Assembly: GCA_965215885.1 (NCBI GenBank)
Contig: CBDCEW010000097.1
Coordinates: 100,234 to 164,233, forward strand
Source of the DNA: Candidatus Moanibacter sp.
Lineage (GTDB): Bacteria > Verrucomicrobiota > Verrucomicrobiia > Opitutales > UBA2987
Direction of reading: 5' to 3'
DNA: 64,000 nucleotides
Part shown: positions 39,471-49,259 of the stretch, one piece after another
Layout of the letters: the number at the start of each line of letters is the position of its first letter
How positions within the stretch are numbered: the stretch's first letter is position 1
Program-made: the position numbers and the translations under genes
Notes under the pieces: generated by a model
Databases searched by the model: none
What the model saw: only the letters and a program-made list of their open reading frames with translations
Told to the model about the DNA's origin: nothing

Positions 39471-39977
39471 TACCTCGGCCTATAGTATGGGCAATTTCCT
39501 GCTTTCCTTATTCAAATATCAATCTGTGGTCCATTGAGATTTTCTTAGCGAGACTAGAAAAGGGCGAACAAATTCTTTTCGGAGAAACAGAACAATATAT
39601 CTTGAAACTCAACGGGTTATGTTATCGGTTGAGAATTTTCTTCTTACGAAAACAAACCTTTTTGAGTTTGTAGTACAGAGGACCTGCGAGAATGGTAGTT
39701 GGAAATATTGTTCTGTTCCTAAGAATAGGCTGTTCTACCAAGAAAATTGCGATTGATCACCAAATACTCAGATGCCACAGACAAAGCATTACCGATTCGT
39801 TCCCCATCCGTGGTACTGCGGAGCCATCCGTGGGTTACTCTTCTTCACGTATTTCTCTCCGTTTCTCTCTCCTGCCCTGAGCCCCGTCGAAGGAGTTTCC
39901 TTCTGTTCAATTCTCTTCTGCACAGAGGGACCAAACAGTTTCGTTGTGGCCTCTGGCTGTCTTAGGATTCCCAACGC

Positions 39978-41411
39978 TTGAAAAACCAGCATATACCCGC
40001 TTTGCGTCGGGGCCTACCCTACGAGAGTCTTGATACCTTAGAGCTGGCCAGTCTTCAAGGAAGTCGGGCGCTTGCGAAAATCAGCTTGGTTAATTCCGGC
40101 CTGATAAAGCGCGATTTGACGAAAATTGGGAAGAGCCGGGAGGTTCTGTCAGAAATACCAGTAGCGAAGCTTTTGAACATTTGCACCGAAGCGGCCGACC
40201 AATTTCTCCAATCAGACTTGCCGGGAGGAACCGATTCTGAGTTGCAGAAGCCCGAGGATTATGTGCGTTTACTCTCCTCAACCACCGGATTACCTCATAC
40301 TTTGTGCCGGGCGAATATGGCAAAGGTATACGATGTCCTCACCAACATGGAAACTATCCTCGGTGGGTTGACGCGCGGCTTGGACAATGAGATTCTGGAT
40401 AGCGGTTACGGTCGAGAAGACGAGTATGAGTTAAGCTTTTGTCCGGCTACTGACTGCCTCGGCGTCGTGCTGCCGAGCAATTCGCCTGGGGTTAATTCCC
40501 TTTGGTTACCTGCCGTCCCTCTGAAAATCCCCGTCGTTCTCAAACCGGGCCGTGAAGATCCCTGGACACCGTATCGAATCGTTCAAGCTCTTCTCGCTGC
40601 CGGGTGCCCTCCCGATGCATTTTGCTTTTACCCAACCGACCATGAAGGTGCAGATGCGATCTTGAGATCCTGCGGGAGAGCGATAATATTCGGAGATGAC
40701 AACACTGTGAGACAGTATTCGGGTCGACCGCATGTCCAGGTCCACGGTCCCGGGAGGAGTAAAGTGCTGATAGGCGAGGACTGGTCGGATCGATGGTCTG
40801 AGATTGTCGATCTTCTTGTGGAATCGATCGCCGGAAATAGCGGGCGCAGTTGTATAAACGCCTCTTGCATCATGACGCCGAGAAATGCGGATGCAATCGC
40901 TGACGCGGTTGGCCAAAGATTGTCGGATATCAGGCCACTTCCACCGGAAAACGAGAGAGCAGAATTGGCGGGATTCGCCAATCCCGATGTGGCGCACGCC
41001 ATTGAAAACAGGATCGAATCGGGTCTTGCCGTCGCTGGCGCTGAAGATGTCACGACAAAATTTCGAAATGGACCGAGAGTAGAATCGGCAAATGGGCAGA
41101 CCTATCTGATGCCCACCCTGGTTCGTTGCGGAGATATCAACCACCCGTTGTCGAACACCGAGTTTCTCTTTCCGTTTGCGAGTGTGGTGGAGATTCCTCA
41201 GGACGAGATGCTCGCACAGATCGGTGAAACCCTTGTTGTAACCGCGGTAACCGATAACAGTGACTTCATTCGAGAGCTCTTGCGTTCCCCGCTAGTTGAC
41301 CGACTCAATATTGGCCCCGTGCCTACCAATAGAGTGCAGTGGGATCAGCCTCACGAGGGAAACCTCTTTGACTTCCTTTACCGGAGGCGAGCCATCCAGC
41401 GGGCATTATGA
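39978..41411 (+). CDS. Aldehyde dehydrogenase-fold protein (GriD-like)
   Basis: Motifs VLPSNSPG, VLKP, HGPGRSK, SGRSCIN (catalytic Cys) and EFLFP. Confidence 0.85.
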   Translation: MKNQHIPALRRGLPYESLDTLELASLQGSRALAKISLVNSGLIKRDLTKIGKSREVLSEIPVAKLLNICTEAADQFLQSDLPGGTDSELQKPEDYVRLLSSTTGLPHTLCRANMAKVYDVLTNMETILGGLTRGLDNEILDSGYGREDEYELSFCPATDCLGVVLPSNSPGVNSLWLPAVPLKIPVVLKPGREDPWTPYRIVQALLAAGCPPDAFCFYPTDHEGADAILRSCGRAIIFGDDNTVRQYSGRPHVQVHGPGRSKVLIGEDWSDRWSEIVDLLVESIAGNSGRSCINASCIMTPRNADAIADAVGQRLSDIRPLPPENERAELAGFANPDVAHAIENRIESGLAVAGAEDVTTKFRNGPRVESANGQTYLMPTLVRCGDINHPLSNTEFLFPFASVVEIPQDEMLAQIGETLVVTAVTDNSDFIRELLRSPLVDRLNIGPVPTNRVQWDQPHEGNLFDFLYRRRAIQRAL

Positions 41412-42568
41412 AGCCATTCGAAATCAGACCGATGCCGCGGCTTATCTTTGGAGATGGTTCCGTTGAGCGGGTAGGGAGCGTGGCGGTTGAGATGGGATGT
41501 AGAGTTGCCCTGCTCGTAACCGATCCGGGAATTGTAGCGGCCGGCCACACTGAGTTTGTCGAGAAGTCCCTTCAAGAGGCAGGGATTGAGGTAACGGTTT
41601 TCAGTGGAGTCGTGGAGAATCCGACAACACGGGAAGTGTATCAATGCGTCGAGGCGGCGCGGAGTGCGAATGTCGACACAGTAATCGGTCTTGGAGGTGG
41701 GAGTAGTATCGATACCGCTAAAGGGTGCAACTTTATCCACACTAATGGAGGAAGGGTGCAGGATTACCGCGGTTTCGGAAAGGCGCAAAAGGAGATGCTG
41801 CCGTTCATGGCCATTCCTACGACCGCTGGGACCGGAAGCGAGTGCCAGTCGTATGCGCTTATCAGCGACGTGGATACCCATGAGAAAATGGCGTGCGGAG
41901 ATACCAAGGCAATGGCGACAATTGCGATCCTCGACCCGGCCCTCACTTACACCCAACCCAGATCAGTAACCGCCTCGAGCGGTATCGACGCCTTGGCACA
42001 TAGTCTTGAAACCGCGGTTACCCGAACTCGCAATGAATTCTCATCGCAGTTTTCGCTTCAAGCTTTCCGAATGATTGAATCTAACCTGGAAAAGGTACTG
42101 AACAATTCGAACGATAGGGAAGCACGAGGGGCGATGCTGCTGGGAGCGGCCTACTCCGGATTCGCTATTGAGAACAGTATGTTGGGTTGCGCCCATTCCA
42201 CCGCTAATCCTCTTACGGCGCGCTTCGGATTAACTCACGGACATGCGGTGGGACTGATGTTGCCACACGCAATGAGGTTCAATGCCAAAGATCCCTCTAC
42301 GCTTTCCATCTACGTCCGCTATGCAATTTCCGCCGGCCTGGCATCTGACAGAGATGATCTTGCTGACGCCGGCAAACATCTTATTGATCGAGTGAGCAAC
42401 CTGATGAAGCTGACAGGTCTGAGCGTGTCTCTTTCCGAGTGTCAGGTAGATCGGGATAGTATACCAGAGCTTGCTGTCGAAGCGTCGCGACAGTGGACTG
42501 CCGGGTTCAATCCCCGTCCGGTAAGTGAAGATGATTTTGTCCACCTCTATGAAGCGGCTTGGGAATAA
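41408..42568 (+). CDS. Iron-containing alcohol dehydrogenase
   Basis: Motifs GLGGGSSIDTAKG, PTTAGTGSE, DALAHSLE and AHS...HGHA. Confidence 0.95.
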   Translation: MKPFEIRPMPRLIFGDGSVERVGSVAVEMGCRVALLVTDPGIVAAGHTEFVEKSLQEAGIEVTVFSGVVENPTTREVYQCVEAARSANVDTVIGLGGGSSIDTAKGCNFIHTNGGRVQDYRGFGKAQKEMLPFMAIPTTAGTGSECQSYALISDVDTHEKMACGDTKAMATIAILDPALTYTQPRSVTASSGIDALAHSLETAVTRTRNEFSSQFSLQAFRMIESNLEKVLNNSNDREARGAMLLGAAYSGFAIENSMLGCAHSTANPLTARFGLTHGHAVGLMLPHAMRFNAKDPSTLSIYVRYAISAGLASDRDDLADAGKHLIDRVSNLMKLTGLSVSLSECQVDRDSIPELAVEASRQWTAGFNPRPVSEDDFVHLYEAAWE

Positions 42569-42581
42569 TCTTAAATATTTG

Positions 42582-43814
42582 ATGATCAGGAAATTACAAA
42601 TCGGTTTCGCCCTTAACCCGAAAATCTGTGAGATTTTCGGGTTAGCGTCTTTCTTGCTTCTGACGTTTCTCTTGGACGCCGGGGCCGATGAACCTTCTGT
42701 AAAGGAGGAAGGTGAAGATTCGGCAGTTTCCTCCTGGCCGATGCATAGAGGGGGTCCGCAACTTTCGGGGCGTGCCGCTGTGAAGATTGCCGACGCCATA
42801 GAACTCGTTTGGACGTTTGATACTGGCCAATCGGTTTACTCTTCGGCGGCAATCGAAGACAGGAGAGTGTTTGTCGGTTCAAATTCAGGAAAAGTCCATG
42901 CCCTCGATCTCAAATCCGGAGAGGAACTCTGGTCATTTTCAACCGGTGGTCCGGTGGAGGCCACTCCCTGCCTGATCGAGGGTATCGTTTATGTGGGCTC
43001 TTCCGACTCGGTCTTTTACGCATTGGACGCGGCTTCGGGCGAACTACGATGGAAGTTTCAAACGAGTGATCGAATTCTGGGAGGAGCTAATTGGACACGA
43101 ATTCCAGAATTTTCCAGCAACTTGATTCTGTTCGGCAGTTACGACGGCAGCGTTTATTGTCTTGATGCCGTTAAGGGAGATGCGCTCTGGAAATACTCGA
43201 CCGGCAGTTTTGTGAACGGAACTCCGGCGATCCTGTCGGGTGGACGGGCCGCAATCGGTGGCTGCGATAATTTCATATACGTGATTCGGATAAAGGATGG
43301 AGAGCCGCTCGAGAAAGTCGACACGGAGGCCTATATCGCGGGTTCCATTGCGGTATTTGAAGGAAAAGGATACCTCGGCCATTATAGTAATGCGGTAATC
43401 GCTTTCGATACGGACACAGCCGATATTCTCTGGACCTATAACAGCGGTAGTTTTCCTTTCTTCTCTTCGGCCGCCGTCACTTCGACGAATGTTCTGATTG
43501 GGGGACGTGATCGCCTTCTTCATTGCCTCGACCGTGATAGTGGTAGAAGCGTCTGGACCTTTCAGACAAGAGGCCAAATCGACAGTTCTCCGGTCGTCGG
43601 TGAAGAAAGGGTCGTTTTCGGTTCGAATGATGGGCGCCTCTACGCTGTCGATCTCTCGAATGGCGGGGAAGTCTGGAGCTACGAAGTAGGCGCTCCCCTT
43701 GTTTCGTCACCCGCTGTGGTTGATGGCTGGATAGTGATCGGCTCGGAAGACGGCAAGGTGTATGCATTCCGGGGGAAAGCACTTCGTCCCGCTGAGCGGG
43801 ATCAGGGCGGGTGA
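42582..43814 (+). CDS. PQQ-like (BamB-type) beta-propeller protein
   Basis: WPMHRGG plus repeated SSP...V.VGS.DG..YALD..SG...W. Confidence 0.9.
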   Translation: MIRKLQIGFALNPKICEIFGLASFLLLTFLLDAGADEPSVKEEGEDSAVSSWPMHRGGPQLSGRAAVKIADAIELVWTFDTGQSVYSSAAIEDRRVFVGSNSGKVHALDLKSGEELWSFSTGGPVEATPCLIEGIVYVGSSDSVFYALDAASGELRWKFQTSDRILGGANWTRIPEFSSNLILFGSYDGSVYCLDAVKGDALWKYSTGSFVNGTPAILSGGRAAIGGCDNFIYVIRIKDGEPLEKVDTEAYIAGSIAVFEGKGYLGHYSNAVIAFDTDTADILWTYNSGSFPFFSSAAVTSTNVLIGGRDRLLHCLDRDSGRSVWTFQTRGQIDSSPVVGEERVVFGSNDGRLYAVDLSNGGEVWSYEVGAPLVSSPAVVDGWIVIGSEDGKVYAFRGKALRPAERDQGG

Positions 43815-43890
43815 AAGCTCTTCGGCTCACTCAGCGGGATCGGGACAGGAGATTGTCGGGGACGAGGGAAGTAAAAGTGGTGAGTGTGAG

Positions 43891-45174
43891 ATGAACATTG
43901 TCTTCATAACTCCGGGAACGGGCAACTATTACTGTGGGGTGTGCATGCGGGATAACGCTCTCGTCCGAGCCTTAATGGGGTCAGGCGAAAACGCTGTGAT
44001 GCTTCCCATGTATTTGCCTATTATGACGGACGAGCCATCGGTGGCGGATGACTCGCCCTTGTTCTTTGGCGGTATAAACGTCTACCTCCAACAGAATCTG
44101 TCCCTCTTTCGGCACACTCCGGTCTGGTTCGACCGCGTATTCGACACACCCTGGTTGCTCAGTCTGGTCGGCCGGCGGAGCGGTATGACGGATAGTTCCG
44201 TTCTTGGTGAAATTACGGTTTCGATGCTGAAAGGGGAATCCGGCAAGCAGGTTAAAGAGATTGACAAGCTCGTCGACTGGTTGGTGCGGAATCTGGCGGT
44301 CGATATCGTATTTCTATCCACCATCCTGCAGGCTGGTCTGACCCGTTCTCTGAAAAAAGCGCTTTCCGTTCCGGTCCACTGTTTTCTACAGGGTGAAGAC
44401 ATCTTCCTCGACAGTCTTAACGCGCCTTATGCGGAGCAGGCATGGTCAACTCTCAAGTCTCGCGCCTTGGATATCGATCGGTTCATTGCACCGAGTCATT
44501 TTTTCGCGGATGTTATGCAGAGGCGTCTTGGGATCGAAGATGAACGAATTTGCGTCATACCCAACGGCATCACGATAGAGGGTTACGACTCAGCGTTAAA
44601 AACGCCTGATCCGCCCGTAATCGGCTATCTTGCACGCCTCTCGAAAACGAAGGGACTTGGGACCCTTATCGAGGGTTTTATTCTGTTGAAGAGTCGAGGG
44701 CGATTTCCAACCTGTCGCCTCGAGGTGGCGGGAACCGTCACAGGCGGCGATCTGATTTACATCGATTCGCAGAAAAAGAAGCTGGATGAGGCAGGACTCG
44801 GTGGAGAGGTACGGTTTCGTTTCAATATCAGTAGGGCGGAAAAGTCGGATTTCTTGCGGCGCCTGACACTTTTCTCCGTGCCGGCTCATTATGGAGAGGC
44901 CTTTGGACTCTACCTGCTTGAAGCGATGGCTTCGGCCTTACCCGTTGTGCAGCCTAACGTATCTGCTTTCCCTGAAATCGTCAATGCGACAGGCGGAGGG
45001 ATACTGTATGAACCCGATACTCCTGAGGCCTTAGTTGATTCGTGGGAATCACTCCTGGCCGATCCTGAGTTGGCGAGAGAGATCGGAATGCGTGGGAGGG
45101 AATCAGTCCTGGCGAACTTCACGATCGAGGGTATGGCGGAAACTATTGTAGGCGGTTTGAAGGAACTGGAATGA
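43891..45174 (+). CDS. Glycosyltransferase family 4
   Basis: EAFGLYLLEAMASALPVV; N-terminal YCGVCMRDN. Confidence 0.92.
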   Translation: MNIVFITPGTGNYYCGVCMRDNALVRALMGSGENAVMLPMYLPIMTDEPSVADDSPLFFGGINVYLQQNLSLFRHTPVWFDRVFDTPWLLSLVGRRSGMTDSSVLGEITVSMLKGESGKQVKEIDKLVDWLVRNLAVDIVFLSTILQAGLTRSLKKALSVPVHCFLQGEDIFLDSLNAPYAEQAWSTLKSRALDIDRFIAPSHFFADVMQRRLGIEDERICVIPNGITIEGYDSALKTPDPPVIGYLARLSKTKGLGTLIEGFILLKSRGRFPTCRLEVAGTVTGGDLIYIDSQKKKLDEAGLGGEVRFRFNISRAEKSDFLRRLTLFSVPAHYGEAFGLYLLEAMASALPVVQPNVSAFPEIVNATGGGILYEPDTPEALVDSWESLLADPELAREIGMRGRESVLANFTIEGMAETIVGGLKELE

Positions 45175-45377
45175 TGGGCGAGCGATAATCCCGTTATCTT
45201 GGCGACATTCCTGTCGGACCCCAAATCGGAAAGATTCCGAGTTATCAGTGAGCTATTCTGCAGATCTACCTTTACTGGATATGATATAATACCCACTATT
45301 CGATCATTCCACCATTCCGATCTTCCGGAACGACTCGGAAGAGATATTCGAAATCCAAGCACGGAAGAACTCGTACC

Positions 45378-45905
45378 ATGACCTGGCTCTATTACGCATT
45401 TATGACCGTCCTTTTCTGGGGATTCTACGGAGTGCTCTTGCATGGAGGGCAGATCAATATGTCAGACCCTGTAAATGGGCGCTACAAAGCCTTTCTTTTT
45501 GTCGGCGTCGCCTACTTCTTAACGGCAATACTGGCGCCATTGATCCTATTAAAAGTCAACGGAGCCACTTGGAGCTTCCCCAACAGGGGAATGGGCCTGT
45601 CGCTCGCGGCCGGAATCGTGGGCGCCGCCGGTGCGTTCGGTGTGTTGCTGGCGTTTGGCGCAAAAGGATCTCCAGCCGTCGTCATGACGATCGTCTTCGC
45701 GGGCGCGCCTATTGTGAATGCGATAGTCGCGATGCTGCTGCACCCTCCCGCCGGTGGCTGGACCGCAATCCGCTGGCCCTTCTACTTCGGCATCATGCTG
45801 GCCGCTCTCGGCGGCGGTTTGGTGACGCTCTACAAGCCTCCCCCGGCGCCGGCCGCTCATCAGGCTTCCGTAGATACCCTTAAAATGGAGGAGGAGGCAG
45901 ACTAA
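45378..45905 (+). CDS. Membrane protein (EamA/DMT-like half)
   Basis: Five hydrophobic segments; FWGFYG and VFAGAPIVNA. Confidence 0.75.
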   Translation: MTWLYYAFMTVLFWGFYGVLLHGGQINMSDPVNGRYKAFLFVGVAYFLTAILAPLILLKVNGATWSFPNRGMGLSLAAGIVGAAGAFGVLLAFGAKGSPAVVMTIVFAGAPIVNAIVAMLLHPPAGGWTAIRWPFYFGIMLAALGGGLVTLYKPPPAPAAHQASVDTLKMEEEAD

Positions 45906-46045
45906 CCTGAACCGCTTTCGGCCAAGCGTGATCGTTTTAGGCTAGCGCGCTTTTCCTCAGTGGGTAAGCGTCATGGACTATCGGAAGCCGCAATACAGGC
46001 GAAACGCTTCAGAGAAATTAGTGAGAAAAGCGGGCTGATTTGTTG

Positions 46046-46900
46046 CTACGAAGTCAGGGCAGAATTCAAAGCGAAGGTTCTTTCATATTCGATCTCAGAG
46101 GCACGCCTAACGCCGTGTTGCTCGACCCACTCGCGTAGGGGCCGGCTGTCAATCTGGGAGTTCGATTGCCGCAAAGCGCCAATCAACTGCCTGCCGATGG
46201 GTTCGCGAAACCTTTCCAAGACATCCTCGGTCTGCACGACGAAGTCATTGGGGGAAAGCCAGGCATAGGAATAACCGAACATCAAAACTTTGCGAGTCTG
46301 TTGAGTGCGGTTAGCGCCTCCACGGTGAAAGGTTCGATTCTCGAAGAGAAACGCATCACCCGCTCGCAATTGCGGTTCAAATGCATTCGCGGGATCCGTC
46401 TCACCCGCGGGAATTTCAAGCGGTCGGGTGTAGTTATTGCTTCCGGGTGCAAGCCAGGTATTTCCGCTATCCGGCACCATGACATCACTCAAATGATAGG
46501 CGATCTTGATCTCGAGCCGGGCATTGCGTGCCGGACCCAGATCATCGGAACTGTTTGCGACATCACGGTGCCAGTAAGTGGGATCCGGCGTTTCCGGCAG
46601 ATCCGGGTACTTGTAAATCAAGTGCGCCTTTGTCAGTCGGATATTGTAGCTGAGCAATTGAACCACCAGCGGCACGGTCGTGCCCCAGGTTAGCAGAGGA
46701 ATGAATTCATCCTCCTGCGCAATTACGTTCGAGAGACTGGCACGGCGCCCACCCGATTCGAGGTAGCGTTGGGATACCAATCGATCCGCCGCCCCGACAA
46801 CGCGCTGAAGCATCTCTTCATCCAACGCTTCGCGCACAATCAGATATCCATTTTCGTCGAAAAACTGCCGATGCTCTTCGGTCAGTTCGATAAACTTCAT
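46046..46900 (-). CDS. Phytanoyl-CoA dioxygenase (PhyH) family protein
   Basis: Motifs FFDENGYL, WHRD, GDAFLF and FHRGGAN; true start MKFIEL at 46900. Confidence 0.9.
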   Translation of the reverse strand: MKFIELTEEHRQFFDENGYLIVREALDEEMLQRVVGAADRLVSQRYLESGGRRASLSNVIAQEDEFIPLLTWGTTVPLVVQLLSYNIRLTKAHLIYKYPDLPETPDPTYWHRDVANSSDDLGPARNARLEIKIAYHLSDVMVPDSGNTWLAPGSNNYTRPLEIPAGETDPANAFEPQLRAGDAFLFENRTFHRGGANRTQQTRKVLMFGYSYAWLSPNDFVVQTEDVLERFREPIGRQLIGALRQSNSQIDSRPLREWVEQHGVRRASEIEYERTFALNSALTS

Positions 46901-47086
46901 GGAACACACTCGTACTATACAAGCGGCACAGCAGTCAAACCAATACCGTGCCACAGGAAAGAAAAAGAAATGGTTGGTCTTGTCGTTAGGCGATGGTGCG
47001 CGGGGTGGAATGGGATCACTTCGATCTGCGAGACTTACCGCATTTATAATTTGACTTTGGAAGACAGAATAGGGACCAAAGAGCTG

Positions 47087-47866
47087 ATGCAAATCAGCAA
47101 GGAGCAGAGCAGGCAATTTGATAAAGAGGGGTATTTCATTCTGGAACGGGCTATGCCGGATGAGATGCTGCAGATGCTGAGAGAGGAATGCAGCTATTTC
47201 CTCGGCCGAAAAGACCAGGAAATGGATGACAAGGGCGAAGACACGATCGGGATCACGCACAAGCGGAAGCGCTATTTCATATCCCAACTCTATCGCAAGA
47301 GTCCTCGCCTCTGGCGCTTCATCTACTCCGACTTGATGGCCGAAATCTGCCGAGCTACATTGGGAGAAGAGGCCTATCTCTTCAACGAGCAGTGGGTAGT
47401 AAAGGGCACCGAAGTAGGAATGAAATTCGGCTGGCACCAGGATTCGGGTTACGTCAAGTTCCGCGATCCCCAGACGAAGCACAAACCTTATCTGAGCTGC
47501 TGGGCTACGCTCGATGACGTCGACGAGACCAACGGGACCGTTTATCTGCTGCCGCATTCCCGTGCGGGAACAAAGAACTGCATCCATGATCACAAGCGCG
47601 AAGAGGGAACGAATGATCTCATCGGTTACACCGGGGAGGACCCCGGCATCGTGGTCACTGCCCCGGCGGGTTCGGTGGCCTGCTTTTCCAGCACTACATT
47701 TCACCGCAGCGGGGCCAATACGACCCACCTCATGCGCCGCGTTTACCTGACGCAATATTCGGCCGAACCGATCGTGGACAGTGGCGGCACCCTATGGGGA
47801 CAGGCGGTGCCGTTTGTGAAAGGCGGGGCCAATGTCTACGACCCGAATGAGGACGATCTGGAGTAG
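47087..47866 (+). CDS. Phytanoyl-CoA dioxygenase (PhyH) family protein
   Basis: Motifs FDKEGYF, WHQDSGY, ETNGT and FHRSGAN; true start at 47087. Confidence 0.92.
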   Translation: MQISKEQSRQFDKEGYFILERAMPDEMLQMLREECSYFLGRKDQEMDDKGEDTIGITHKRKRYFISQLYRKSPRLWRFIYSDLMAEICRATLGEEAYLFNEQWVVKGTEVGMKFGWHQDSGYVKFRDPQTKHKPYLSCWATLDDVDETNGTVYLLPHSRAGTKNCIHDHKREEGTNDLIGYTGEDPGIVVTAPAGSVACFSSTTFHRSGANTTHLMRRVYLTQYSAEPIVDSGGTLWGQAVPFVKGGANVYDPNEDDLE

Positions 47867-47901
47867 GAATTGGCATTCGGAATTTGCGGAATAAGTTCGA
47901 A

Positions 47902-48031
47902 TCGAGGCGTAACCGTCTTCGCGCGCTATGCCGTGTCGAGAAGCCTCTCCTACAGCCGGGCGGAAATTAGGAGTTCAAAAGCCAGCTCGAATACCCGTGA
48001 GGGTTGTAGGAGCGGGTTTATCCCGCGATGG
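47902..48031. repeat. GTAG-type REP cluster
   Basis: GAAGCCTCTCCTAC and GTAGGAGCGGGTTTATCCCGCGATGG; inverted copies at 50489-50544 and 54091-54116. Confidence 0.8.
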
Positions 48032-48101
48032 GGAAAAGGTCCGAATCAGCTCGAATAAGGACGATTCCGTCGAGGGATTTACCGGACCTGCATCCCCACC
48101 A

Positions 48102-49223
48102 TCACGCCCCGTAAAACCACTTGATCGGAAAGATCTTCAGGTTGACCTCCCAGGACCAAACCGCGCTCTCCGAACACGAATACCAGCCGACGAACACTTC
48201 GTCATCGAGAAAGGTGATCGATGGATAGCCATTGTTGTAGCCCCGCCGGTCCTCGACTGAACGAATCGAATCCCACGTCTGCCCGCCATCCTTCGAAATC
48301 GCACTGCACAACGGATTTCGCGGCCAGTGCAGCGTCGTGATGCCCTTTTCTTCGGCGCCTTCGCGCAAGCCATAAGGCACCGCGTTATTCCACAGCAAGA
48401 GGAGGTGATCGCTCCCGGGGATCGTTTTCATGCAGGTCGCCACGGAGGGCGAGTCCAGGCCGGTCGATTCCGCCGCACTCCAGGTTTCGCCACGATCCTC
48501 CGAAACGGTCGCATACAATTTCCCGAGACTGGTGCGCAGGACAGCGAAAAGCGAGCCGTCGGGCCGCTCCACTACTGCCGGTTCCTCCGCGCCCGGTTCG
48601 GGAAGGTCGATCTTCTCGCGGCTCTCCTCCCAGGTTCTTCCCTCGTCGTCGGAATAGAAGCAGAAGGCCTTCCAGTGGCAGCCCTTCCGAGGGATTGCTG
48701 GACCGGCGTGACAGGGCAGGATAACCCGCCCGGAACTGTGCCGCAGGATGTGATCCGCGTTGGTGAAGTAGACTCCTCCGGTCGGTGAGATCTGCTCGAT
48801 GGGTCCCCAGGTCTCGCACTCATCGGATGACCGTTTGACATAAATGCGAAGATCCTCCTTCCGAATATCACGCTGCGTAAAAGAGAAGAGAATCTCGCCG
48901 GACGGCAAACGGAGAAGATTCGGATGTTTCACATTGTTGACACCCCGGTTTTCCTGAAGTGTGAATCGCCCGCTCCAGGTGCGTCCCCGGTCCCGCGAGA
49001 TTTTTGCCGATATCTGGCAGGGAGCATCATCCATACTCCCCCCTTCGTCGTAGGAAGAACGAAAGACGAGGCTCGGCTTTCGTTGATAATACTCGCACCA
49101 TACGAACATCAAACGATCATCGCTCAACGGAAAGATGAGCTGGTGGTCATTTCGTGGGTGCACGGGCGACCACGGTGTGAGGGTCAGTGAGTGGATTTCG
49201 TTCTGTGAGATATTTGTTGGCAT
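48102..49223 (-). CDS. Sialidase-like (BNR/Asp-box) protein
   Basis: Asp-boxes SRDRGRTW, SSDECETW, SDDEGRTW, SEDRGETW and SKDGGQTW; RNPL; GYPS. Confidence 0.9.
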   Translation of the reverse strand: MPTNISQNEIHSLTLTPWSPVHPRNDHQLIFPLSDDRLMFVWCEYYQRKPSLVFRSSYDEGGSMDDAPCQISAKISRDRGRTWSGRFTLQENRGVNNVKHPNLLRLPSGEILFSFTQRDIRKEDLRIYVKRSSDECETWGPIEQISPTGGVYFTNADHILRHSSGRVILPCHAGPAIPRKGCHWKAFCFYSDDEGRTWEESREKIDLPEPGAEEPAVVERPDGSLFAVLRTSLGKLYATVSEDRGETWSAAESTGLDSPSVATCMKTIPGSDHLLLLWNNAVPYGLREGAEEKGITTLHWPRNPLCSAISKDGGQTWDSIRSVEDRRGYNNGYPSITFLDDEVFVGWYSCSESAVWSWEVNLKIFPIKWFYGA

Positions 49224-49259
49224 AGCGATTCCTTCTTGTGTCCTACAATTCGTGAGAAT

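Noticed and set aside
37969..41411. luxE/luxC bioluminescence genes
   Set aside because: No luxAB or luxD is adjacent and the motifs fit GriC/GriD-like proteins better; the LLM gene at 25.6 kb is a different subfamily.
31971..43814. PQQ-dependent dehydrogenases or true BamB
   Set aside because: Only generic propeller repeats were seen; no quinoprotein catalytic motifs, pqq genes or lipobox were recognised.
46901..47755. 569-aa minus ORF and 365-aa plus ORF suggesting long overlapping genes
   Set aside because: The PhyH domains start at 46900 (-) and 47087 (+); the extensions are antisense shadows.
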